Virus record (IMG/VR): IMGVR_UViG_3300026549_000060
Coordinates: 64,001 to 90,944 of that record
Reading direction: 5' to 3' (one strand)
Source: a virus
Lineage: Duplodnaviria; Heunggongvirae; Uroviricota; Caudoviricetes
DNA length: 26,944 nt
Position 1 is the first letter of the stretch; each line of letters opens with the position of its first letter. The notes under the pieces are model-generated. The model had not been told where the DNA came from. It did no database searches and saw only the letters and a list, made by a program, of their open reading frames with translations. The position numbers and the translations under genes are program-made. Shown here one piece after another: positions 17,179 to 25,230 of this stretch.

Positions 17179-17751
17179 ATGTTAGAAAATTGGCAAAAAT
17201 CATTTAATTCAGTTTTAAGATATGAAGGTGGGTATGTTAATGACCCATTAGATATGGGTGGAGAAACCAATCTTGGTATTACAAAGAGTACATTAAATAA
17301 AGCTATAAGAGAAGGTGTAGTTGATTCATCAGTTACAGTAAGGACTTTAAAGAAATGTGATGCTGAAAAGATATATAAGAAGTATTATTGGGATAAGATG
17401 TTTTGTGATGATATGCCTACTCCAATAGATCACATTATTTTTGATACGGTAGTTAATCATGGTATAATTGGAGGATCAAGAATTATCCAAAGAGCTATTA
17501 ATTCAGCTGGAATATCTAATGATATTAGTATAGTGGTTGATGGTAAATTTGGTAAACTTTCTAAAGAAGCTGTAGATAGATTAGATGCTTTGGAAGAAAC
17601 TCCATATTTAGCTAGAATGATTCTTATAAAGAGAAAAGCATATTATGATGATATTATTGCTAATAAACCATCTCAAGCTAAGTTTAGAAGAGGCTGGTAT
17701 AATAGAATCAATAATTTGGCTAAAGATTGTTGTATTGATTGGACGGCATAA
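17179..17751 (+). CDS. Glycoside hydrolase family 108 lysozyme (endolysin) with C-terminal peptidoglycan-binding region
   Basis: Signature EGGYVNDPLDMGGETNLGIT, FDTVVNHG, VDGKFG and C-terminal F.RGWYNR. Confidence 0.9.
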   Translation: MLENWQKSFNSVLRYEGGYVNDPLDMGGETNLGITKSTLNKAIREGVVDSSVTVRTLKKCDAEKIYKKYYWDKMFCDDMPTPIDHIIFDTVVNHGIIGGSRIIQRAINSAGISNDISIVVDGKFGKLSKEAVDRLDALEETPYLARMILIKRKAYYDDIIANKPSQAKFRRGWYNRINNLAKDCCIDWTA

Positions 17752-17864
17752 CATAATTAATTATAGCTATTAGGTCAATACCTATACTAGATAAAACAGT
17801 AGCATACTCTCCGACAGTTAGTGTAGCACTAGTACAAATTTCACTATAGTAATAAAAAGGAGGC

Positions 17865-17894
17865 TTGACAAGAATAAAAATTTATGTTTATAAT
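17865..17894 (+). promoter_or_regulatory. Possible sigma70 promoter with perfect consensus boxes
   Basis: TTGACA (17865-17870), 18-nt spacer, TATAAT (17889-17894); overlaps the start of a CDS. Confidence 0.45.
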
Positions 17895-18389
17895 GAAGTA
17901 ACATATACAGATCCTGATCAGTTCAGGAAAGTATTTAAGAATGTTTCATTTCCAAAAACAATAACAGATGACATGTTAATGGCAAGAGGAGTTGTTGTTA
18001 AGGAAGAAGTGGAACCAGAAGAATCATTTGAAGATAAAAAGAAAAAGAAACTTTTAGAGCTTCAAACTGCATATAATACAGCAGTTAGTGGATCAGTTTC
18101 AGTTCAGTTAAATGATACAACAACTATCAGAATGTTATTTGCAGAAAAAGATCTTTTGATGGTTAGGGCTATGCTTGATAAGATGACTGATGCATCTGTT
18201 GATAATGGAGTCTTAGTTGATGTTGATGATAATGTTTATATGAATTTAGATAAAGATACAGTTAATAAAGTATATCTGGCTATGCTGGATAAACAGTTTG
18301 GAGTGTATATGCAAATGAAGCAGTATCAGATTCAGATTAATAATGCTTCTAATGAAGAAGATCTAGAAGGGATCAGAATATCTTTTTAA
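17865..18389 (+). CDS. DUF4376-like tail fibre assembly/chaperone protein (start probably ATA at 17874)
   Basis: N-terminal NVSFPKTIT motif; C-terminal LVDVDDNV...INNASNEEDLEGIRISF parallels 15615-16133. Confidence 0.6.
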   Translation: MTRIKIYVYNEVTYTDPDQFRKVFKNVSFPKTITDDMLMARGVVVKEEVEPEESFEDKKKKKLLELQTAYNTAVSGSVSVQLNDTTTIRMLFAEKDLLMVRAMLDKMTDASVDNGVLVDVDDNVYMNLDKDTVNKVYLAMLDKQFGVYMQMKQYQIQINNASNEEDLEGIRISF

Positions 18390-18409
18390 AGAAGGGAACT
18401 GAATAAGAT

Positions 18410-21298
18410 ATGGCCTATATTTTTGATAATAAAGATACAGTAGTTGAATACTTAAGACAATTAGAAATTACTGTTGGAGAAGAGTATAATCACTATATAG
18501 TTCCTCATCATTCTTATGTGAGAAGATTTGACATTTTTTATAATAGTGAAAACATTGGCTATGTTGAAAATGAAGAGCTTACTCCAAATGCTAAAAGTGA
18601 ATGGGTTATACATATTCCTTCTGAAAAGAGAGCATATTTGGAAGCAAAACAAAAAGGATTATATGGAGCTATTTATGATTTACCTAATGAATCCTATGGA
18701 GATATTGATAAGAAGTATTATATAGAACCAAGAGCTTTTACTAGAATAATTGCTAAGAAATCAGATAATACTCCTATTCAAGTTGATGCAAATGGACCTG
18801 GTGCATATGTTGGATTAAAGTTTAACAATAGTTTTGTTAATTTAGATAAAACTGAAGTAGCATTAGGATCAACACAGTTAAATATAACTATAGACCCTAA
18901 AAAATTAGCTAATGAACTTAAGTATTCTTTTGCTGAAATCTCTGGTTCATTACCTACTGGAGTAGTTGTAGAACCAGAAGGCATTTCAATTCAGAAGTGT
19001 TTAGAGTATCCTTCAATAATAGTTGCTACAGAACCTGGTGAACGTCCAAAGTGGGTTAAAGCAGAAGAACTTACAGTTGGAAAAGCAGCTTCAGCAGCTA
19101 ATGCAGATTTATTTGGTTTCAAGAAACCTGAAGATTATGTAACTTATCAGAATATTAATACAGATATTACATCATACTTTGATAACAGTTATGAATATGG
19201 TTTTAGAACTGGTTATGATTTAGAAAAAGAGCAGTCTTATGTTTATACCAGAGCATACAGAGTTCATTTGGTTGGGGATGTTTCCGGAGATGCTGAAGTT
19301 CATAATTTTGAAGACATAGATATTGAAACTAAGCTTGCTGACCAGAGTAAACTGGTATTTATAAAAAATGTTGAAGATGGTACAGAATTTCATAGTGGGC
19401 TTAGAATAAATGGTCCGGTTACTTTAGCTTATGGAAATGAAGGACCTTACTCTACTGCGTCCACATCTGAAAACCCAAGAGGGGAAGTTATTTATAATCA
19501 AGTAACAGGTCTTATGGCGTTTAGTGATATGTGGAGAATGGGTGCCGGATCAGTTGCGAGTGATAGAGGTTTCTTAGAAATTGCCACAGGTGATGATGCT
19601 AATAGTCCCACTTCTGAAGCGATTTATGTATCACAGTATAGTGGTAATAAGTTTAATACTTTAGTTAGAAGGGCCGCACTTCTTGATTCCGATGGAAATA
19701 CGAGTTTTCCTGGAACAGTAACTTCAGCTGGATTAACGGCTGGAGATCTTACAATTAGTACAGATAGACTTGGAAATACCGTTTTTGATATTTCAAGAAG
19801 TAAGGAATATAAATTTAATATAAATGGTATAAATGTCTTAACTTTAGATGAACGTGGAACTCCTTATGATAGTGTTTATGCTAAGTTAGTTTCTCCTCAT
19901 TTTACAGGTACTCCGACAGCACCAACTCCAGAAAGTACAGATAATTCTGATAAAGTTGCAACAACCGCATATGTTAAAGCTAATGTTCCAGTTTCAATTG
20001 GGTCTGATGTTACACCTGTGTATACAAATGAAAATGGTGTTATTACAGCGTCTAATGCCACTGTTGGATCAGAAACAGTTCCAGTTTATATTAAAGATGG
20101 TGTAATTACTTCTACGGATGTTTCATTTATTGACTATGCTGCTAAAGAATCTCCGATATTAACTGGTGTCCCTAAAGCACCAACTGCTGAAGCAGGAACA
20201 AATAATAAGCAAATTGCTACTACGGAATTTGTACAGACAGCTATTGATAATTTAGTAAATGGTGCTCCAGAACAATTAGATACTTTAAAAGAATTAGCTG
20301 ATGCTTTAAATAATAATGCTGATATGGCTAATGCTCTTACAGCAAACTTAGCATCTAAAATTGATAGGATTGGTGATGGGTATATTAAGGAATTAAGTAT
20401 AGATGGGCAAAGTATTACAGTTACAAAAGGTGATGGCTCACAGGATACTCTTGTTACTAAAGATACTACATATACTGATGCTACTTCATCTAAAGCGGGT
20501 CTTATGTCTGCCGAAGATAAGGCTAAATTAGATACTATTGAGGCTAATGCTAATGCATATACATATACTCTTACAGCAGCTAATAGTTCTACTTTAGGTG
20601 GTATTAAAGTAGGAACGAACTTAAGCATAGATAATGATGGGGTATTATCTGCTAAAGATACTGTTTATAGTAATGCAACTTCTGTTATATCAGGTCTTAT
20701 GTCAGCAGCTGATAAAGCAAAACTTGATACCATTTCTGAAAATGCTAATAATTTTACCTATACATTGCCTAAGGCAACTACAAATGTTCTTGGTGGTATT
20801 AAGGTAGGAACTAATTTAAGTATTGATGCTGATGGAGTTTTATCTGCTGATGCTCAGGCTTATGCGGATGTTACTGCTACAGCGTCAGGATTAATGACTC
20901 CAGAAGATAAAGTTAAGTTAGATAGTATTGCGTCGGGAGCAAATGCATATACCTTGCCAATAGCAAGTTCATCTAAATTAGGTGGTATTAAAGTAGGATC
21001 TAATTTAAGTATAGATGATAACGGTATTTTAAGTGCTAAAGATACTACTTATGGTAATGCTACAGCATCTGCGGCTGGGTTAATGTCTACTTCAGATAAA
21101 TCAAAGTTAGATGGAATTGCTGCTGGAGCTAATGCATATTCGTTACCTACAGCATCTGCAACGACTTTAGGTGGCATTAAAGTTGGTTCAGGGCTTGCAA
21201 TTAATAATGGAACGTTGTCTGTATCTGGTTCTTCAGTTTTTAGTAGTGATGGCCATTTAGTATTTCCTAATGGAGACGAATTCTGGGTGGAAGCCTAA
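18410..21298 (+). CDS. Long tail fibre protein 2 (962 aa)
   Basis: Fibre motifs APTPESTDNSDKVATTAYV, APTAEAGTNNKQIATTEFV, LVNGAPEQLDTLKELADAL; repeated GLMS..DK.KLD and LGGIKVG modules. Confidence 0.88.
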   Translation: MAYIFDNKDTVVEYLRQLEITVGEEYNHYIVPHHSYVRRFDIFYNSENIGYVENEELTPNAKSEWVIHIPSEKRAYLEAKQKGLYGAIYDLPNESYGDIDKKYYIEPRAFTRIIAKKSDNTPIQVDANGPGAYVGLKFNNSFVNLDKTEVALGSTQLNITIDPKKLANELKYSFAEISGSLPTGVVVEPEGISIQKCLEYPSIIVATEPGERPKWVKAEELTVGKAASAANADLFGFKKPEDYVTYQNINTDITSYFDNSYEYGFRTGYDLEKEQSYVYTRAYRVHLVGDVSGDAEVHNFEDIDIETKLADQSKLVFIKNVEDGTEFHSGLRINGPVTLAYGNEGPYSTASTSENPRGEVIYNQVTGLMAFSDMWRMGAGSVASDRGFLEIATGDDANSPTSEAIYVSQYSGNKFNTLVRRAALLDSDGNTSFPGTVTSAGLTAGDLTISTDRLGNTVFDISRSKEYKFNINGINVLTLDERGTPYDSVYAKLVSPHFTGTPTAPTPESTDNSDKVATTAYVKANVPVSIGSDVTPVYTNENGVITASNATVGSETVPVYIKDGVITSTDVSFIDYAAKESPILTGVPKAPTAEAGTNNKQIATTEFVQTAIDNLVNGAPEQLDTLKELADALNNNADMANALTANLASKIDRIGDGYIKELSIDGQSITVTKGDGSQDTLVTKDTTYTDATSSKAGLMSAEDKAKLDTIEANANAYTYTLTAANSSTLGGIKVGTNLSIDNDGVLSAKDTVYSNATSVISGLMSAADKAKLDTISENANNFTYTLPKATTNVLGGIKVGTNLSIDADGVLSADAQAYADVTATASGLMTPEDKVKLDSIASGANAYTLPIASSSKLGGIKVGSNLSIDDNGILSAKDTTYGNATASAAGLMSTSDKSKLDGIAAGANAYSLPTASATTLGGIKVGSGLAINNGTLSVSGSSVFSSDGHLVFPNGDEFWVEA
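20462..21226 (+). repeat. Four tandem 62-65 aa fibre repeat units
   Basis: Units of 65, 65, 63 and 62 aa, each with AT....GLM...DK.KLD.I...AN.Y.L..A....LGGIKVG..L.I..G.LS. Confidence 0.9.
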
Positions 21299-23130
21299 TG
21301 AAATTTAAGTTTAAAAATCAACAGTTAACATTATATGATACTATGAATGATTGTAGAACTGATAGTAATAAGAAAGGGTATGGCTGTGTAAAAAAAGGTA
21401 GTCGCACATATTATTTTGATTTAGTTCCTACTACAGATCCATTTGCTACGGAGTTAAGATATAAAAAGAAAAGTACTGGAACAACTTATGCTATTGCAGA
21501 TAGCAATTTAAAAGATCTGTCGAGATGGGGAAAGTATAACAAGGATAAATTTGATACAAATAATTATGAAACTGGGACTAATTTAACACAAGATGGTGTA
21601 AATTATCTTAAATACGCCAGGGGCATCAATATGACAGAGATGTTTCAGAATTGTTCTAATTTAACTACTTTAGATGCTTCTAATTGGGATACTAGTAATG
21701 TTACTAATATGAGTAAAATGTTCTATATGTGTCAAAAACTTAAAACATTAAATGTATCTAATTGGGATGTATCTAATGTTACTGATATGTCACATATGTT
21801 TGCTGGAGAAGATTATTGGGCTAGTAGACAAGGTGGTCCTTTATTTACAACATTAGATGTAGCCAATTGGAATACTTCTAAAGTTACAAATATGAGTCAT
21901 CTTTTTTATAAATGTGAAAAACTTGAAACTTTAAATGTACGAAATTGGAATGTATCTAATGTAACTGATATGTCATATATGTTTGGAGGAGAACATGGTA
22001 TTTCTGGTAAAAGTGTAGGACTTACTTCATTAGATGTTTCAAGATGGAATACTTCTAAAGTAACCAATATGTCAGGTTTATTTTCAGGATGTACTAAATT
22101 AACTACTGTAGATGTTTCAAATTGGGACACTTCTAATGTAACTGATATGTCGTGTATGTTTGGTATTACTAGTTGGTCTAGTGGGACTAGATTATCTTTT
22201 ACTACATTAAATGTTTCTAGATTTAATACTTCTAAAGTAACTAATATGGCATATATGTTTCATGGAAATCCAAATCTTTCAACTGTAGATGTTTCAAATT
22301 GGGATGTTTCTAAAGTAACTAATATGACATATATGTTTGGTTCATATTTTACCATGCCACAAGGATTTACTACATTAAATGTCTCTAACTGGAATACTTC
22401 TAATGTAACCACTATGAGTAATTTATTTTCTAATTGTGATAAATTAACTACATTAGATGTTTCAAGATGGAATACTTCTAAAGTAACTAATATGTATCAA
22501 ATGTTTTATGGTTGTAGATCATTAACTTCTTTAAATTTAACAAATTGGAATACCTCTAATGTAACTAATATGGCATACATGTTTATGCATTGTAAAGCTA
22601 TTTCAAATCTTAATTCGTTAAGTAATTGGAATACTTCTAATGTAACTGATATGACTAATATGTTTTATTCAATGGATACATTAGAATTTATAAATGTTTC
22701 AAATTGGAACGTATCCAAAGTAACTGATATGACTAATATGTTTGAATATTGCGAGGAATTGACTTCTTTAGATTTATCTAGATGGACACCAGTAGAAGGA
22801 GTAAAAATGAGCAAAATGTTTTATGGTTGTGGCAATTTAAAAGTCGTTGATTTATCAAATTTTAATACTAATAATAGTGATATGTCTGATTTATTTCATA
22901 ATACTACAAAACTTCAATATCTTATCATTAGTTCATCAACTTTTAAATTTCCAATGAATGATGGTTCTTGTGGCGATCTTAATACTACATGTAAAATATT
23001 AGTTCCTAGAGCTTTACTAAACACATTTAAAACTGTTACGAATTGGTCTTCAAGAGCTTCTCAATTTGATGCTATTGAAAATTATAATATAACTAGATCT
23101 AATGGACAAGTTACCGTAACTCATAAATAA
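21298..23130 (+). CDS. DUF285/BspA-like repeat adhesin, long form (about 15 repeats) with a distinct N-terminal domain
   Basis: Repeats M..MF..C..L..L.VSNW.TS.VT; start overlaps the fibre stop (TAATG); about 70-aa basic N-terminal domain absent from the short paralogue. Confidence 0.88.
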   Translation: MKFKFKNQQLTLYDTMNDCRTDSNKKGYGCVKKGSRTYYFDLVPTTDPFATELRYKKKSTGTTYAIADSNLKDLSRWGKYNKDKFDTNNYETGTNLTQDGVNYLKYARGINMTEMFQNCSNLTTLDASNWDTSNVTNMSKMFYMCQKLKTLNVSNWDVSNVTDMSHMFAGEDYWASRQGGPLFTTLDVANWNTSKVTNMSHLFYKCEKLETLNVRNWNVSNVTDMSYMFGGEHGISGKSVGLTSLDVSRWNTSKVTNMSGLFSGCTKLTTVDVSNWDTSNVTDMSCMFGITSWSSGTRLSFTTLNVSRFNTSKVTNMAYMFHGNPNLSTVDVSNWDVSKVTNMTYMFGSYFTMPQGFTTLNVSNWNTSNVTTMSNLFSNCDKLTTLDVSRWNTSKVTNMYQMFYGCRSLTSLNLTNWNTSNVTNMAYMFMHCKAISNLNSLSNWNTSNVTDMTNMFYSMDTLEFINVSNWNVSKVTDMTNMFEYCEELTSLDLSRWTPVEGVKMSKMFYGCGNLKVVDLSNFNTNNSDMSDLFHNTTKLQYLIISSSTFKFPMNDGSCGDLNTTCKILVPRALLNTFKTVTNWSSRASQFDAIENYNITRSNGQVTVTHK

Positions 23131-23149
23131 GAAAGGTGTGTTTATAATT

Positions 23150-23554
23150 ATGACTTCAAGCAATGCTATTGCTGAACTTTTTGATGCAGACCATGAGTGC
23201 GTATATAACGATGGAGATCCGGTAGGAATTTGCATTGATGGAATTGTGAGACCATTTGATAATAATACTGAACTAAAGCCAGTAGAATATGTTGGTGTCG
23301 TTTCATTAAATCCATCTTTTATATTGGGTGGTATTACAGGGGCAGTATCTAAAGTTCCAGTAGCTATATCAGGAAAAATTTGTATATGGGTTAATGGAAA
23401 TGGTAATTTAATTGGAAAGAAAGTTTTATTTGATAAAGATAAACTGATATTTAGACCCTTTGACAGATTATTTGATTCAGAATATAACGGTATTATTATA
23501 AACGTTGAAGGAGAGAATAAGGATCGTAGTCTGTGTCATATACTATTGAAATAA
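23150..23554 (+). CDS. Stand-alone peptidase G2 / intramolecular-chaperone-like domain
   Basis: AIAELFD...GDPV...YVGVVSLNPSFILGG...VPVAISGK resembles the DYAEYF...ILGVVS..P..IG...PVGL.G pattern; ATG 23150 preferred over GTG 23138 on SD spacing. Confidence 0.45.
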   Translation: MTSSNAIAELFDADHECVYNDGDPVGICIDGIVRPFDNNTELKPVEYVGVVSLNPSFILGGITGAVSKVPVAISGKICIWVNGNGNLIGKKVLFDKDKLIFRPFDRLFDSEYNGIIINVEGENKDRSLCHILLK

Positions 23555-23590
23555 AAAAAAGAGAACAGCCGATTGGCTGTTCTCTTTTTT
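23555..23590. terminator. Bidirectional rho-independent terminator
   Basis: AAAAAAGAGAACAGCC-GATT-GGCTGTTCTCTTTTTT, a perfect 16-bp stem between convergent genes. Confidence 0.92.
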
Positions 23591-23609
23591 ATGTTTTGAT
23601 TCATATGTA

Positions 23610-23627
23610 TATCACAATATTGTGATA
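23610..23627. repeat. Perfect 18-bp palindrome
   Basis: TATCACAATATTGTGATA is its own reverse complement. Confidence 0.9.
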
Positions 23628-23654
23628 AGTTTTGATATATGTTTAGTGTAATTT

Positions 23655-24305
23655 TTACTCAGCTGGATCTACTTCTGGGTCAGTTTCAGCTTCAGGTTCT
23701 CCTTCTTCTTCCTCAACTACAGGTGTAGGAGTTTCTTCTTGAGTAGGCATAACTGGAATAAAGTTAGAATCAATAGCATCAACTTCTTCTTTAGTAGAAG
23801 CTTCTCTAACTAACAATTCTAAGTGCTGCTGGATACCAACAACTAATGAAGTATACACTGAAGCATTAGTATAATTGGTTCTAATTCTATTTGCAAAAGT
23901 GATTATATCATCATTAGTAGGATTGGAGTTATTAATTCTAACCTTAAGTAAGCTAATGACAAACTGAGCATTCTCAGTATCAAAGTTATTATTAAGGATA
24001 TCCAACGCACCTAAGTTCTGCTGCTCAAAGGTCTTAATCTCGCCATCAGAATAACCTTCACTGATCTGCTTCATAAGCATATTAGATCTATCCTGAATAG
24101 CTCTAGCTTTCTGAGATTTAAGTTCATCTAAGGTAGGCTCAGGAGGAGTAGGAGGAACATACTCTTCAGCAGTATATGGAATATTGAGAAATGCTAACTG
24201 CTCATTAGTAACCTCTTTAGGAAATGAAATATTAGGATACATCTTCTTGAGGTCATAAATTCGAATGGTCTTATTAGTGTCTTCAATTGAACGGTAAATA
24301 ATCAT
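23655..24305 (-). CDS. Tail fibre assembly/chaperone-like protein, opposite strand
   Basis: N-terminal YPNISFPKEVT motif as in 17865-18389; PPEPTLDELKSQK, EIKTFEQQ and EASTKEEVDAI patterns; acidic tail. Confidence 0.6.
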   Translation of the reverse strand: MIIYRSIEDTNKTIRIYDLKKMYPNISFPKEVTNEQLAFLNIPYTAEEYVPPTPPEPTLDELKSQKARAIQDRSNMLMKQISEGYSDGEIKTFEQQNLGALDILNNNFDTENAQFVISLLKVRINNSNPTNDDIITFANRIRTNYTNASVYTSLVVGIQQHLELLVREASTKEEVDAIDSNFIPVMPTQEETPTPVVEEEEGEPEAETDPEVDPAE

Positions 24306-24341
24306 TGATTAAATAAACACCCCTTCTATAATTTTTATTTT

Positions 24342-24617
24342 TTAAAGTCTCTTAATGTTGTACAAGATATTGTCAATAGTTGTTAAAAAGTTAAAACTAT
24401 CATTAGATAAGTTATCTTCTTTAATACAAGCTTCAGTTTCATAGATTTCTTTATCAATATAAACAGTAAAGAACTTGACTATATTTAAGTCAGGATAATA
24501 CCTTACATATAGATGGTCATTGATAGTTGCAAAATGGTTGTCTTTAGTTAAAGATACATAAAGATCTGTGACAATATCTCTATACTTAATAGTCAGTGAG
24601 TAAGTAATTTTTTCCAT
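24342..24617 (-). CDS. Hypothetical protein
   Basis: 91-aa ORF overlapping the end of the upstream gene; no motif. Confidence 0.55.
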   Translation of the reverse strand: MEKITYSLTIKYRDIVTDLYVSLTKDNHFATINDHLYVRYYPDLNIVKFFTVYIDKEIYETEACIKEDNLSNDSFNFLTTIDNILYNIKRL

Positions 24618-25140
24618 ATAATGTAAAGTAACTCTCCCGGTATAAATTTTTATCTAAAAGAATGTTTTCAGTATCTGGGTATAATTTAGATGCTACATAT
24701 AATCCAATACTGTCAGCATATAATTCTTCTTTATATAAGGCTATATCATACTTTCTATATGATTTAGCATAGTCAGTTTTTATAACTGGAACATTCAGTT
24801 CTTTTAAGCTATAGTGATGATTATTATAAAGTTCATGACCTAATTCGTGAGAAATAATTTTTACAATATATTTATTTCTTTCTTTAGGTGTATGACCTTT
24901 ACATCTATACCTAAATACTTTAGGTCTTAGATATACAATATGTTTTTCACCACACCAACAACCAGCATGTTTAGTAATATCCTTAGATAATTGAATATCC
25001 TTATTACCAAAGTTATCTATAATATAGTCAGTACATCTACAGTGCATATAGTTTAAGTCTATATTGAAGTGAATATCAAAGAAATTTATACTTCTATCAA
25101 AGAGATAATGGATTAATTCTCTATATCTTATAGTAATCAC
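24586..25140 (-). CDS. HExxH zinc metallopeptidase-like protein (ImmA/IrrE-like arrangement)
   Basis: ISHELGHELY followed by a downstream EELYAD; start possibly ATA at 25131. Confidence 0.6.
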   Translation of the reverse strand: MITIRYRELIHYLFDRSINFFDIHFNIDLNYMHCRCTDYIIDNFGNKDIQLSKDITKHAGCWCGEKHIVYLRPKVFRYRCKGHTPKERNKYIVKIISHELGHELYNNHHYSLKELNVPVIKTDYAKSYRKYDIALYKEELYADSIGLYVASKLYPDTENILLDKNLYRESYFTLYGKNYLLTDY

Positions 25141-25230
25141 CTCTTTATTTGTTCAAAGTTCTAAGTCAACTTTTGTATATATATTATGTTATTGTATTGA
25201 AAGTCTTCTAATTTTATTGGAGGTGGTAGC

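Noticed and set aside
12900-22900. CRISPR-like array suggested by the 78-bp periodic repeats
   Set aside because: The periodicity is in-frame protein repeat coding (26 aa) within LRR/DUF285 genes, not repeat-spacer units.
16948-23130. Diversity-generating retroelement TR/VR pair formed by the two similar adhesin C-termini
   Set aside because: Differences involve all four bases and sit mostly at synonymous positions, not adenine-specific; both copies are intact coding ends; no reverse transcriptase in the window.
4072-23488. Other TTGACA hexamers (4072, 6185, 12265, 23460) as promoters
   Set aside because: No properly spaced -10 box keeping the key A and T positions.
17752-24340. Invertible tail-fibre cassette (Mu G / P1 C type), suggested by the inverted chaperone gene
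   Set aside because: I found no flanking inverted repeats by eye and no invertase gene; the minus-strand gene continues a longer minus-strand run.
25167-25194. dif-like Xer site (TATATA core followed by TTATGTTATTG)
   Set aside because: The XerD-like arm is partly matched but the XerC arm is poor; easily chance in AT-rich intergenic DNA.
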